From a virus: DNA of 64,000 nt. The notes beneath the pieces were generated by a model, which did no database searches, was not told where the DNA came from, and saw only the letters and a list, made by a program, of their open reading frames with translations. The stretch is from positions 103,480-167,479 of the IMG/VR virus record IMGVR_UViG_3300008108_000039; one strand, 5' to 3'. Shown here piece after piece: positions 40,088-50,100 of the stretch. Numbering within the stretch: the stretch's first letter is position 1; every line of letters starts with the position of its first letter. Both the position numbers and the translations under genes were made by a program.

Positions 40088-41356
40088 TTAATCTATTTTA
40101 TGTTCTACTCGTTCACACCAACCTTTATTATCACTGTAAGCCCAATATACTACTCTAGATGGTTTTTTATTTACTAGAAAAAACTCTTCATAATGGATAT
40201 TTTGTCCTTTATTAAAATTATCTAGTTCTGTTCCTTTAATTATTTTAGTACTAATAGAGTTACCTATTTCATCATCAAATGCTATTAATACAAATGAATA
40301 ATCATTACTAGTAAATTGTGCTTTATTAACATTAACTAAATAATAAAAAGATTCCATAAAGGATTGTTCCCACAATTCATCATTTTCAATAACTGGGTTG
40401 GGAGGGTAATTATTATCTAGTGTGTATTTTTGTACTGCTTTTTTCTTAAAGTTAAAACCAGCATATTTTTCATAATCACGCAATGTTCTTACAGTCCCTA
40501 AATCATATCCTGTTAAATCAATATTTGGGTCTTCTTCAGTACGTAATAAACATCTAATCTTTTTACGGGCATATTCTTGTTTATTAAACCAATCTACACC
40601 TAATTTAGAATCATCATCCCATTTAAGTCTTCCTGCTCTTTCTTCTCTCATAGTAGAATGCCAAATAACTATTTTATGAGGATGAAAGAAATCATATCCG
40701 TGAGTATATGAACGAACAGTTAAATTTATTTCTTCACCACTAAAATAAATATCAGGATCGTGTTTTATTTCACGAGCCCATTCGCTTCTAGCGAAATCAA
40801 AATGACCACATAAAAATCTGGACATAGGAGGTTCAGTCATTTCTTCATATCCATGTAATAATCCTGGTCTAATAAATATAGTACCATGAGGATAAAAACA
40901 AGCAAATTGTGATTGCCAGGGTTCCATTGATCTGCCTGCAGGATCATTAAATGGATCATATAAAGGTGAATAGCCTGCTATAATAGGTTTATAACCTTTT
41001 TGTTCAAGATCATTATGCATTTGGATTAAAGTTTCATCCCAATCTTGAGCAAATCGATGATGAGAATCTAATTGACAAACATAATCTTCGTCTGTTAGTA
41101 ATTGTTCATTAATTATAGCTCTAGCCCAAGGTAATCCTTTAGCTTCTTTATAATCACATTCAAATATTTTAAATCGTTTATCAGATTTAAATTCTGTAAG
41201 ATCGTCAAAACCATCTTCAGGGTGGAATTGTCTACAAATTCCAAAATGAATGCGTTTAGGATATTTTGCTTTATCTAAAGCATCCTTAATAGTAGGTATT
41301 AGTTCAGGATCTCTATAAGCTGGTAAATGTAATAATATAGTTGGTTTTTTACTCAT
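40088..41356 (-). CDS. GT60-family polypeptide/hydroxyproline GlcNAc-transferase-like protein
   Basis: AYRDPEL, AKGLPWAR, QLDSHHRFAQDWD, FSGEEI...RSYTHGYDFFHP, LGTVRTLRDYEKYAG. Confidence 0.85.
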   Translation of the reverse strand: MSKKPTILLHLPAYRDPELIPTIKDALDKAKYPKRIHFGICRQFHPEDGFDDLTEFKSDKRFKIFECDYKEAKGLPWARAIINEQLLTDEDYVCQLDSHHRFAQDWDETLIQMHNDLEQKGYKPIIAGYSPLYDPFNDPAGRSMEPWQSQFACFYPHGTIFIRPGLLHGYEEMTEPPMSRFLCGHFDFARSEWAREIKHDPDIYFSGEEINLTVRSYTHGYDFFHPHKIVIWHSTMREERAGRLKWDDDSKLGVDWFNKQEYARKKIRCLLRTEEDPNIDLTGYDLGTVRTLRDYEKYAGFNFKKKAVQKYTLDNNYPPNPVIENDELWEQSFMESFYYLVNVNKAQFTSNDYSFVLIAFDDEIGNSISTKIIKGTELDNFNKGQNIHYEEFFLVNKKPSRVVYWAYSDNKGWCERVEHKID

Positions 41357-42605
41357 AATTTATTTTTTGTTCTATAACATCACACCAACCTTTTAATTTA
41401 CTATGTGGCCATACTCTCCAACTATAAGGTTGTTTATTATCTTCATATTCTCTCCAAATATGAATAAAATTGTCTTTAGGATCTATTGTTAGTATATTTT
41501 TTAATTCATGTTCATCACAATCTTGTCTATAAAGATCATTTCCATTTTCATCTAACAAAGCTACTACAAATAAATCATAATCATTTTCAGGTAAAGATCC
41601 TTTATAAACATCAATACAAACTTTTATTTTATTGCATAAACCTGATTCATAATCTCCTTGTGTTGGTGGATGTTTATGTTCTAAAGTATACTTATGTATT
41701 TGTCTAGTTTTAAATTTTAAACCAGCATATTTCTCATAATGTTCTAATGTTCTTTGAGTTCCAAACCAATATTTTCCAAATTCTTTTGCAATACACCCTC
41801 CACACCCTTCATTCATACCAAATAAAGCTCTAAAACGAGCATATGATCTTTTATCATGCTCACCAAAATTAGAATTATCATCCCAATGTTTCTTTTTACC
41901 TTCTCTAGTATATTCATGCCAAGCATAAACTTTATGAGGATGAAATAAATCATATCCCCAGGTATAAGCACGAACGGCTAGTGATGTTTCTTCACCATGG
42001 AAATAAAAATTAGGATCATATGGAACTTCTTTAACAAATTTACCTAAGGTAAATATAAAATGAGCTGATATAAAGCGAGCAAATACAGGTTCTATCATAT
42101 CTTTCCATCCATCTAATCCTTGTGGCCTTAAAAATACAGCTCCTTCAGGTAAAAATCTATCTATATTTAACATCCAACATTCATTAATACGATCATTAGG
42201 ATCTTTATCTGGAAAGTATGATGGTAAATACGTTGATAATAGAGGTTTATAGTATCCAACACATCTTAAATAATTTAAAATATCAATTAATTCAGTATCC
42301 CAATTTTTAATAAAGCGATGATGTGAATCTAATTGAAAATAATAATCTTCGTCTTGGTAATATTCTTGAATTTTAGCTCTAGCCCAACATACACCTTGAG
42401 CTTCATTATAGGGTATATCTATAATTTTAAATCTAGGATCATCTTTATATTGTTCTAAAGTATCCCATTCGTCTTCTACAGAATGTTGCCAAGCAATGCA
42501 TATTGTTAGTCTATCAGGATTAGCAGCATTAGATAATAAATTATCTAGTGTAGATAATAATTCAGGATCTCTATAAGCAGCTATTGAAACAAAGATTTTA
42601 GACAT
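41349..42605 (-). CDS. GT60-family polypeptide/hydroxyproline GlcNAc-transferase-like protein (paralog)
   Basis: IFVSIAAYRDPEL, GVCWAR, QLDSHHRF..WD, VPYDP.FYFHGEE, RAYTWGYDLFHP, WHEY, GTQRTLEHYEKYAG. Confidence 0.88.
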   Translation of the reverse strand: MSKIFVSIAAYRDPELLSTLDNLLSNAANPDRLTICIAWQHSVEDEWDTLEQYKDDPRFKIIDIPYNEAQGVCWARAKIQEYYQDEDYYFQLDSHHRFIKNWDTELIDILNYLRCVGYYKPLLSTYLPSYFPDKDPNDRINECWMLNIDRFLPEGAVFLRPQGLDGWKDMIEPVFARFISAHFIFTLGKFVKEVPYDPNFYFHGEETSLAVRAYTWGYDLFHPHKVYAWHEYTREGKKKHWDDNSNFGEHDKRSYARFRALFGMNEGCGGCIAKEFGKYWFGTQRTLEHYEKYAGLKFKTRQIHKYTLEHKHPPTQGDYESGLCNKIKVCIDVYKGSLPENDYDLFVVALLDENGNDLYRQDCDEHELKNILTIDPKDNFIHIWREYEDNKQPYSWRVWPHSKLKGWCDVIEQKINYE

Positions 42606-42648
42606 AACTATAATATATAACTTTTATTTTGAATTTCCAACTTGTAAA

Positions 42649-45414
42649 TTAAAAGCAAGCAAATATATCATTATTATTAACATATACTGTTATATTAATA
42701 TCAGTACTTGTTGAAACAGTTATATTATACCCACAATATGTAGGATCATTAGAAGGACAACCTCCCCCTGTTTGAGCATTAAAATATACAGGAGTTCCTA
42801 CACCATCTATTACTCGAACATAAAAATTATTTCCATTAGTTACATCAACGCTACCCATTGTATTACATGTTGTTTGATCTATAGTTGGTGTAAAACTAGT
42901 ATAATTTACATTATCATTTGACCATTGAACAGTGCATATAGTATTTGTTTGAGAATCACCATATTTAGCATTTACATTTATTGAAGATTGTGCTGGAACG
43001 GGTGATGTACTAGGTGTTGGTGTTAAGGATGGTGTTGGTGTTAAGGAGGGTGTTAATGATGGAGTAGGTGTAGGTGATGGACAAACACTACAAGCTGAAA
43101 TTACTGTAGCAACATTACCACTAACAGTAGCTGTTACAAAGTTTCCAGCAAATGAAATATACACTGTTTGACCATTAAAGGCACTAAGACAACTTGCTGT
43201 GAATGTAGTACAGCTACAGAAATTAGAAGAATTACCTTGTAAATTACATGATGTAGCTCCAATTCCAGAACATGCACTATTAGAATCAGTTGAAATTAAT
43301 GCATTAAATAAGAATGGTGATGTTGATGGAGTTGGCGTTATGCTCGGAGTAGGAGTAATACTTGGAGTTGGCGTTATACTTGGAGTTGGCGTTATAGAAG
43401 GAGTTCTAGTAATACTTGGAGTAGGTGTTATACTAGGTGTTGGTGTAATACTTGGAGTAGGAGTAATACTTGGAGTTGGAGTTATTGATGGCGTTGGGGT
43501 TACAGAAGGAGTTCTAGTAATACTTGGAGTAGGAGTAATTGATGGAGTTGGTGTAATACTTGGTGTTGGTGTTATGCTTGGGGTAGGTGTTATACTTGGA
43601 GTAAGACTTATACTTGGGGTTGGTGTTATTGATGGAGTTAATGATGGAGTAGGTGTTATACTAGGTGTTGATGTAATACTTGGTGTTGGTGTAATACTTG
43701 GAGTAGGAGTAATTGATGGAGTTGGTGTAATACTTGGAGTAGGAGTAATTGATGGAGTTGGTGTTAATGATGGAGTTCTAGTAATACTTGGAGTAGGAGT
43801 TATACTTGGAGTAATACTGATAGATGGAGTTATACTAATACTTGGAGTAATACTGATAGATGGAGTTATACTAATACTAGGTGTTAGTGATGGAGTTGGT
43901 GTTATACTTGGAGTAGGTGTAATACTAATACTAGGTGTTACTGATGGAGTAATCGTTATTGACGGAGTAGGAGTTACACTAGGTGTTAAAGTTATACTTG
44001 GTGTTATTGACGGAGTAGGAGTTATTGATGGTGTTGGTGTTACAGAAGGTGTTATTGTAATTGATGGTGTTATACTAGGAGTTCTAGAAGGAGTAATTGA
44101 AATAGATGGTGTTACAGAAGGTGTTATACTAATACTTGGAGTAATACTAATAGAAGGTGTTATACTAATAGATGGAGTTGGAGTAATAGAAGGTGTTACA
44201 GATGGTGTTATACTAGGAGTTCTAGAAGGAGTAATTGAAATAGATGGTGTTATACTTGGAGTAACTGAAGGAGTTACTGTTGGTGTGGTAGTTGGAGTTG
44301 CCGTTGGTGTAATAGATGGAGTTGGCGTTATAGAAGGTGTTACAGTAATACTTGGTGTTATAGTAACACTAGGAGTAATTGTTATAGAAGGAGTAGGAGT
44401 TATACTTGGAGTACGAGTTGGAGTTACAGAAGGTGTTGGTGTTATACTTGGAGTTACAGTAACACTAGGAGTACGACTAGGTGTAATTGAAGGGGAAGGA
44501 GCTATTAAAGCATAGCTAATTCCAAAATCACAGTCAGGGCAAGTTAAATCAACTGTTATTAATCCTAAATTACTTGTAAGTAAACAACCACTACCTAACT
44601 GAGAATTAATAGTATGATATATTTGATATCTTGTATTAGATTTAAAAGAATTCAATGTTACTGTTCCATTACCATTATTAGTAAATAATGATACTTGATC
44701 TGCACTTCCTGATAACACAACTGAGTTAGGTAATAAAGTAGCATTACTTCTAGCTATATCATTTGTTATTACACTAAAAGTTTTATTAACATTATTTGAA
44801 GGAAAAGTAGCATATACAGCTCTTGCTAATGGAGGTAATGGAAATATATCTTGATAATCTTGATTAGTAATTACCATTAATCCTTGAGGGTAAAATACAT
44901 TTCCTATATGAGTTGTATTATAATCATAAAGATTTCCATTCCCATCATCAGTAATATAATAAGCAGATGAGGATAATATTATATTATAAGGTAATAATTT
45001 ATTACCATATATATCTTGTCTAACAGCTAATACACGAATACCAGCATTAGAAGCTGTTGGAAAATTATTTATAAATCGAGGATTTTCATCATAATTAAAA
45101 TATGATGCAGAAGCTGGTTGTTGAGAAGCAGAAACGTAGAAAACTGTATTTGCAATAGAAGAAGTATTAATAATAGAACCACTAAAAGCATGATAAAACA
45201 TATGATTCATTTGATCATAAATCAAACGTTCATATTGACCCTCTGTTACTGGGTCGCTTGTAGTATTAAAACTTCCTGTAAGGTTAGTACCTTTATAGAT
45301 TATTAGGCTTTGATCATTTTGTGGATAGCAATTATAGGATAAATTCCATTGCCTATTAGCAGCATAAGCTACATGCGTAACATCTGATTTGCTTAGTTTT
45401 CTGAATGAAGACAT
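42649..45414 (-). CDS. Baseplate-type N-terminal module fused to a long mucin-like (TPSI/TPTPS)n region and Cys-rich tip domains
   Basis: N-terminal ITDDGNGNL...[14 protein letters not shown], about 390 aa of T/P/S/I repeats, and two Cys-containing C-terminal domains. Confidence 0.85.
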   Translation of the reverse strand: MSSFRKLSKSDVTHVAYAANRQWNLSYNCYPQNDQSLIIYKGTNLTGSFNTTSDPVTEGQYERLIYDQMNHMFYHAFSGSIINTSSIANTVFYVSASQQPASASYFNYDENPRFINNFPTASNAGIRVLAVRQDIYGNKLLPYNIILSSSAYYITDDGNGNLYDYNTTHIGNVFYPQGLMVITNQDYQDIFPLPPLARAVYATFPSNNVNKTFSVITNDIARSNATLLPNSVVLSGSADQVSLFTNNGNGTVTLNSFKSNTRYQIYHTINSQLGSGCLLTSNLGLITVDLTCPDCDFGISYALIAPSPSITPSRTPSVTVTPSITPTPSVTPTRTPSITPTPSITITPSVTITPSITVTPSITPTPSITPTATPTTTPTVTPSVTPSITPSISITPSRTPSITPSVTPSITPTPSISITPSISITPSISITPSVTPSISITPSRTPSITPSITITPSVTPTPSITPTPSITPSITLTPSVTPTPSITITPSVTPSISITPTPSITPTPSLTPSISITPSISITPSISITPSISITPSITPTPSITRTPSLTPTPSITPTPSITPTPSITPTPSITPTPSITSTPSITPTPSLTPSITPTPSISLTPSITPTPSITPTPSITPTPSITPTPSITRTPSVTPTPSITPTPSITPTPSITPTPSITPTPSITRTPSITPTPSITPTPSITPTPSITPTPSTSPFLFNALISTDSNSACSGIGATSCNLQGNSSNFCSCTTFTASCLSAFNGQTVYISFAGNFVTATVSGNVATVISACSVCPSPTPTPSLTPSLTPTPSLTPTPSTSPVPAQSSINVNAKYGDSQTNTICTVQWSNDNVNYTSFTPTIDQTTCNTMGSVDVTNGNNFYVRVIDGVGTPVYFNAQTGGGCPSNDPTYCGYNITVSTSTDINITVYVNNNDIFACF
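43315..44500. repeat. Coding tandem repeat array, 18-nt period (6-aa units such as [18 protein letters not shown])
   Basis: Degenerate repeats such as GGAGTAATACTTGGAGTT, with higher-order exact duplications around 43800-43880. Confidence 0.95.
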
Positions 45415-45417
45415 GCA

Positions 45418-46398
45418 TTAATAATCTAATTTGATTCTTATTAGGGCTTCTTTTGTAAAATCTTTTACTAAAGGTTTACTTAATTTTGCTACAGCTAATA
45501 ATTCATTATTATCATTATACATACCTACTGTGGTAATGTAGGTTTGTGGATTATTAATTAATGTAGTGTAAACTAAATTACCATTAGAATCTATAATAGA
45601 AGGATTTGTTGTATAATTAAATTCACCATTCTTTATACGAGTAAAGAAATAACGTGAAGACACAGTTTCAGAAGATCTTAGTTGAAATAAAGATCCTGTA
45701 GTAATAGAATTAAATAAATTTAAATGGTTAAATACCGCAGTTGAAACAGATCCTGTATTAGGTAATGTCATAAAAGTTGCTAATCCACCATTTACAGCAG
45801 CATTTAATACTATAATATTAAGATCTGGGAAGAATAATCCATAATAAATTGAAGGTGAAGTTAATGGATTCCAGTGATTACCATTACTACCACTAATAAT
45901 ATTAAAATATCTATTTTCTCCTATATAGCGAGATAAACTTGTAGTACCACTATCATCAGTTAATTGTAAACTACCACTTAATCTTAGATTAAGAGATCCA
46001 GGTTGAATAGATTCTTTGTAACGAGCTCTTGAAATATTAATTACATATATAGAAGGAGATGTTGTAAGACCTCCATCAAAACTAAAGTTTTGAGTTTCAG
46101 TTCCATAAACTAAAGTTCTATATTGACCATATACTACACGAGAAGGAGTATATCCAACTACAGAAGAATTAATAGGAGCTGAACCAGACCCACTAACGTG
46201 TCCATATTGAATACTAAACTGCAATGAACATGAAGTACAAGTGTTTACATTTGCATTGTAAACATCTAAATAATATTCAGTATATCCACTTTGAGTAAAA
46301 AATGAAGTTAAACCATAATTATCTCCACTCCATAAACCTCGTACTACAGTTTCTGAACTAATTACTGAATCATCTATTGCGTATCTTGAAAATGACAT
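45418..46398 (-). CDS. Baseplate-region structural protein
   Basis: INISRARYKESIQPG, LTDDS, EFNYTTNPS, YITTVGMYNDNNELLAVAK. Confidence 0.75.
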   Translation of the reverse strand: MSFSRYAIDDSVISSETVVRGLWSGDNYGLTSFFTQSGYTEYYLDVYNANVNTCTSCSLQFSIQYGHVSGSGSAPINSSVVGYTPSRVVYGQYRTLVYGTETQNFSFDGGLTTSPSIYVINISRARYKESIQPGSLNLRLSGSLQLTDDSGTTSLSRYIGENRYFNIISGSNGNHWNPLTSPSIYYGLFFPDLNIIVLNAAVNGGLATFMTLPNTGSVSTAVFNHLNLFNSITTGSLFQLRSSETVSSRYFFTRIKNGEFNYTTNPSIIDSNGNLVYTTLINNPQTYITTVGMYNDNNELLAVAKLSKPLVKDFTKEALIRIKLDY

Positions 46399-46411
46399 TT
46401 TTTATATTATT

Positions 46412-47077
46412 TTAGAATGTTGCTACTTTTTGAATATTTAAAGGAATAGTAACTCTTGCACCACTATCTCTACCAATTACTGTAATAGTAGTTGTTAATG
46501 TAGATAAACTAGACCCAAATAAAGTATTAATTGTTGTACCAGTTAATGTAAATGAAGTACCTAACTGAGAGAAAGATAGAACAGTACCTGATGTAGTATT
46601 AGCAATTGAAGAAGCAGGAGTTGTTGCTGTAATTCCGGTACCTGTAAATGATGATAATAAGCGAATATCTGCTATTGTAGCTATATACCCATTAGTTTCA
46701 AATGTTGAAACAGCTCCTAAATAATTAAGAGTTTGAGGAGTAATTGTTAAAGAAGCACCTTGTTTAAGAGCAATACTACTATATCCAATATTAATAACTG
46801 GTAATTTAGAAGTTCCGCGAGGTAAAGTTACTAATTTATAACGCATCATTTGCGTATCTTCAGGGAAAGCTTCTATAACAGGCATATTTTCAATAGCCTC
46901 ACCATAAAACGCCGACCCTGATGGATGGTTTGGGTTATATAAAGTATAATCAACTTCATCATCTGCTAAAGCAAATTGCGTAATTTGAAATGAACCATCA
47001 TTACGAGCTAATAATTCACGCCCTTTTGTGGTTAATATTGCATCTACAGTAACTGTTGTAGGATTTAAAATTGCCAT
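46412..47077 (-). CDS. Baseplate-region structural protein
   Basis: DAILTTKGRELLA...ITQFALADDEVDY, resembling tail-collar-type N-termini. Late-type motif upstream. Confidence 0.7.
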   Translation of the reverse strand: MAILNPTTVTVDAILTTKGRELLARNDGSFQITQFALADDEVDYTLYNPNHPSGSAFYGEAIENMPVIEAFPEDTQMMRYKLVTLPRGTSKLPVINIGYSSIALKQGASLTITPQTLNYLGAVSTFETNGYIATIADIRLLSSFTGTGITATTPASSIANTTSGTVLSFSQLGTSFTLTGTTINTLFGSSLSTLTTTITVIGRDSGARVTIPLNIQKVATF

Positions 47078-47116
47078 AAGTTTTTATATTGTATATACTA
47101 TAAATATATTAAATTA

Positions 47117-50100
47117 TTAAGTTTGTAATAGTTTTTGTTTAACTTCTTTGGTTATAACATCTATATTATCTAAAACATCTGGTGATATATTTGATGGTAT
47201 TACAAAACCATATGATGTTTCTCCATCACGTTTAGGAAAAACTAATATCATATTTGTTTCATCTTTTAATTTAGTTAATAATATAAATCTTGATATTGTT
47301 GTTGTACTATAAGTAGGTATTGCTAATAAACCAGGTAAATTAGGTGATACTTGTAAATTTAATTTACTATCTACTGTGCTTACTCCTGATATAGTACACT
47401 CAAAATATTGAGTATTGTTAACATAATAAACTATTAGCTGATCTCCAACCTTAGGTGAAAAAGTGTAATCTACATTTCCATAAGTTGCATATAATGAATT
47501 TGAACCAGTATTTGGTAAAAATAAATAATCTTTTAAATTTGATAAACTTCTATTTAAAATAAAAGTATTGTTATTTGTAGAACCAGATACAAACGGTTCT
47601 AAGGAAGATGTAGCAAAAGGTATATTACCTGTTTGATTTGCTGATTGTCTATTTCTTAATCCATCATATATTGTACCATCTCCTGTAGGTAAAAGTGAAG
47701 CTGTATAGTTAACAGTTGTTGTTGATTCTTGAAATAATTGAAATGAAACTAAACTACCTGATAATAAATTAGTTTCAGGAGTAGAAACAGTAAATCTTAC
47801 AGTTGAATTTAAAACAGGTGAAGGGTAAGTGTACATGTTAGTAGTTAACAATATTGTTGGTACAGCTGTTTTAATTCTTTCATTACATATACTATTTATA
47901 ATAGTTGTAGAAGAACCTACATTTAAATCTGAAGATCCAGGTAATATTGTTTTGACTCCTGCCGGGGGAGTATAAGCATATATATAATTAATTTGATAAT
48001 TTCCTAAATCAATATACCTTTCACTAGAACCATCACATCCAGCATAATAAGTTACAGCTAAAGATGTAGCCACAGCAAATACTAAAGACCCAGCCGAAAT
48101 AGTAGCTACGAGCGAATTTGATGAATTATATACTTGTATAGATGTTGGTGTAGTAAAAGTAAATAAATCATTTACAGATGAATAAGGAGGTCCTGGTGTG
48201 CGAGCATCATCGAGAGAACCATTATTATAATATAAAGTTGAATTTACTTGGGTACTTGTATTAGTTGATGAAATAGTTTTAGTGTCTGATGCTAATACAT
48301 TTATAGTACCACCTGGAGTAGTTGAGCTAACTATTCTAAATTTATAAATACTACTATTATTTGATTCAGGATAAGAAAAATTTATACCAAAATCAGCATC
48401 AAAGTAATAATTACCTGTTTGAGAAACACTATAAGTAGGAAATTGTTTTGTAACATTACTACCATTAGTATAAAAAGCATTCCCATTATTATAATTGGTA
48501 TCAGGTACATCAAATAATTGATAAATATTACCACTAGGATGAGTAGCAGGAGCATTAGATTGAGTAAGCATCTGATATCTAGCAAACGAAGTTCCTGAAC
48601 CCGTTATAAATCCATTTGTATTATTTACTCTAAATAAAGAAGAAGCTACATTATCTGAATATTGGAAAAACAATTTATGGTCTTCTGAGCTGCTAAAATA
48701 TAGTATAGGAGCATAATTATACCCACTATTAAATATAAATTTAGACCCATCTGTTGTTTTTTGATTTGAATATTGTTGATTATCAAATTGTGATATAACA
48801 GTATTAAATCCAGCTTTAAATGTATTCTGAACTTCTTCCCAATGTTTATTTCTTTGATTTAGTTCTGTTAAACTACCAAATTCATCTACTAAATATTTTA
48901 ATATAACATTATTTCTTAAAGGAACTTTTAAAAATGAACTTGATACTATTTGAGTAAATAATCCTATTTTTCTTACATAATGATCAATAACAGCTGTTTT
49001 ACCAAATGATTGATCACCACCATATGTAGTAGATGCACTAGTATAATTATTATATGTAATACTATTTAATTTAGTTCCTTCATACCTAGGTCTAAAATAT
49101 GAAACTAATTCTAAATTTGAATCTTGTAATGAAGCTGATGTATAGATACTTATAGATCCACTTCCAATTCCTGCTACAAAACTCCCTGAAAATTCTATAT
49201 TTCTTCTAGTTGATGATAATCTATTATTAGAAACATTATTAATAATTACATTAAATCCAGATCGTGAAAAATTATTTAAATCTATACGTTGGTTTATAGG
49301 GTGTTGATTATTATATAAATTAAAATCTCCTAAATATGGATTTTCATTACTAGGAATAAAATATGTATTATATAAATTTAAATTACTTCCACTTATTTCA
49401 CCATTATAAAATGCTCTTTTATCTCCAGGTAAATTCCTAAATAATAAATCGTATTGAGCATTGATTTGAGAGGCACTAATTGAACTTTGATATACAGTTT
49501 GTACTGAAGTAGTATTAGGACGAGCATAAGATATTTTATTTCTTTCAAGTACAGGTGAATTTATTGTAACTCCTGTAGATAAATTAGCTCTAGCTGGAAT
49601 GTAATCTTTCAACATTTTGAATAATGAGTTGTCAAAATATTGAATTAACCTAGTAAATCCATTATAGTCTAATAATGAACCAGTAAACCCTCTAAATGAA
49701 CCCGTACCTTGTCTAAAATATATATCTTTTTGAGTAATTAAATCATCATAAGAACCACTATATAATTGTCTAGGATCACCTATGTAATTATCTAAAACCC
49801 AATTAGGATTATTAGCCGATATAGAACGTGAAACATAAGTATCAATTTGAGATTGAGGTGAAAAAGATATATCTACATAATGTTCATCTTTATTTCTAAA
49901 TTTAGATGATTCTGAAGTAGGAGATTGGATACTTATATAAGGTGATAGTACACTACCTGTTATAATAGTATTTGCAATTCTAACTTTATTATTGTTAAAT
50001 CCAGTTAATAATTCTGTTTTAGTAGCACCTCCAAATTCTTTTACTTCTATTATACTAGCACTAACAAAAGCACTACCTGTAGGAGTATAAAATGAAGAGG

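Noticed and set aside
34949-42605. GT cassette as a DNA-hypermodification or host LPS-conversion locus
   Set aside because: No base hydroxymethylase, flippase or membrane GT is present. The GT60 family and flanking mucin-like genes point to protein substrates. This is disfavoured rather than excluded.
43315-44500. Possible CRISPR array (repeats in the same window as a Cas4-like nuclease)
   Set aside because: The repeats are degenerate in-frame coding units with no unique spacers. The PD-(D/E)XK gene is an ordinary phage exonuclease next to primase.
43199-44515. 438-aa plus-strand ORF of GVIL/GVGV repeats
   Set aside because: Antisense shadow of the Thr/Pro/Ser repeat gene, whose codons give no stops in that frame. 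No supporting signals.
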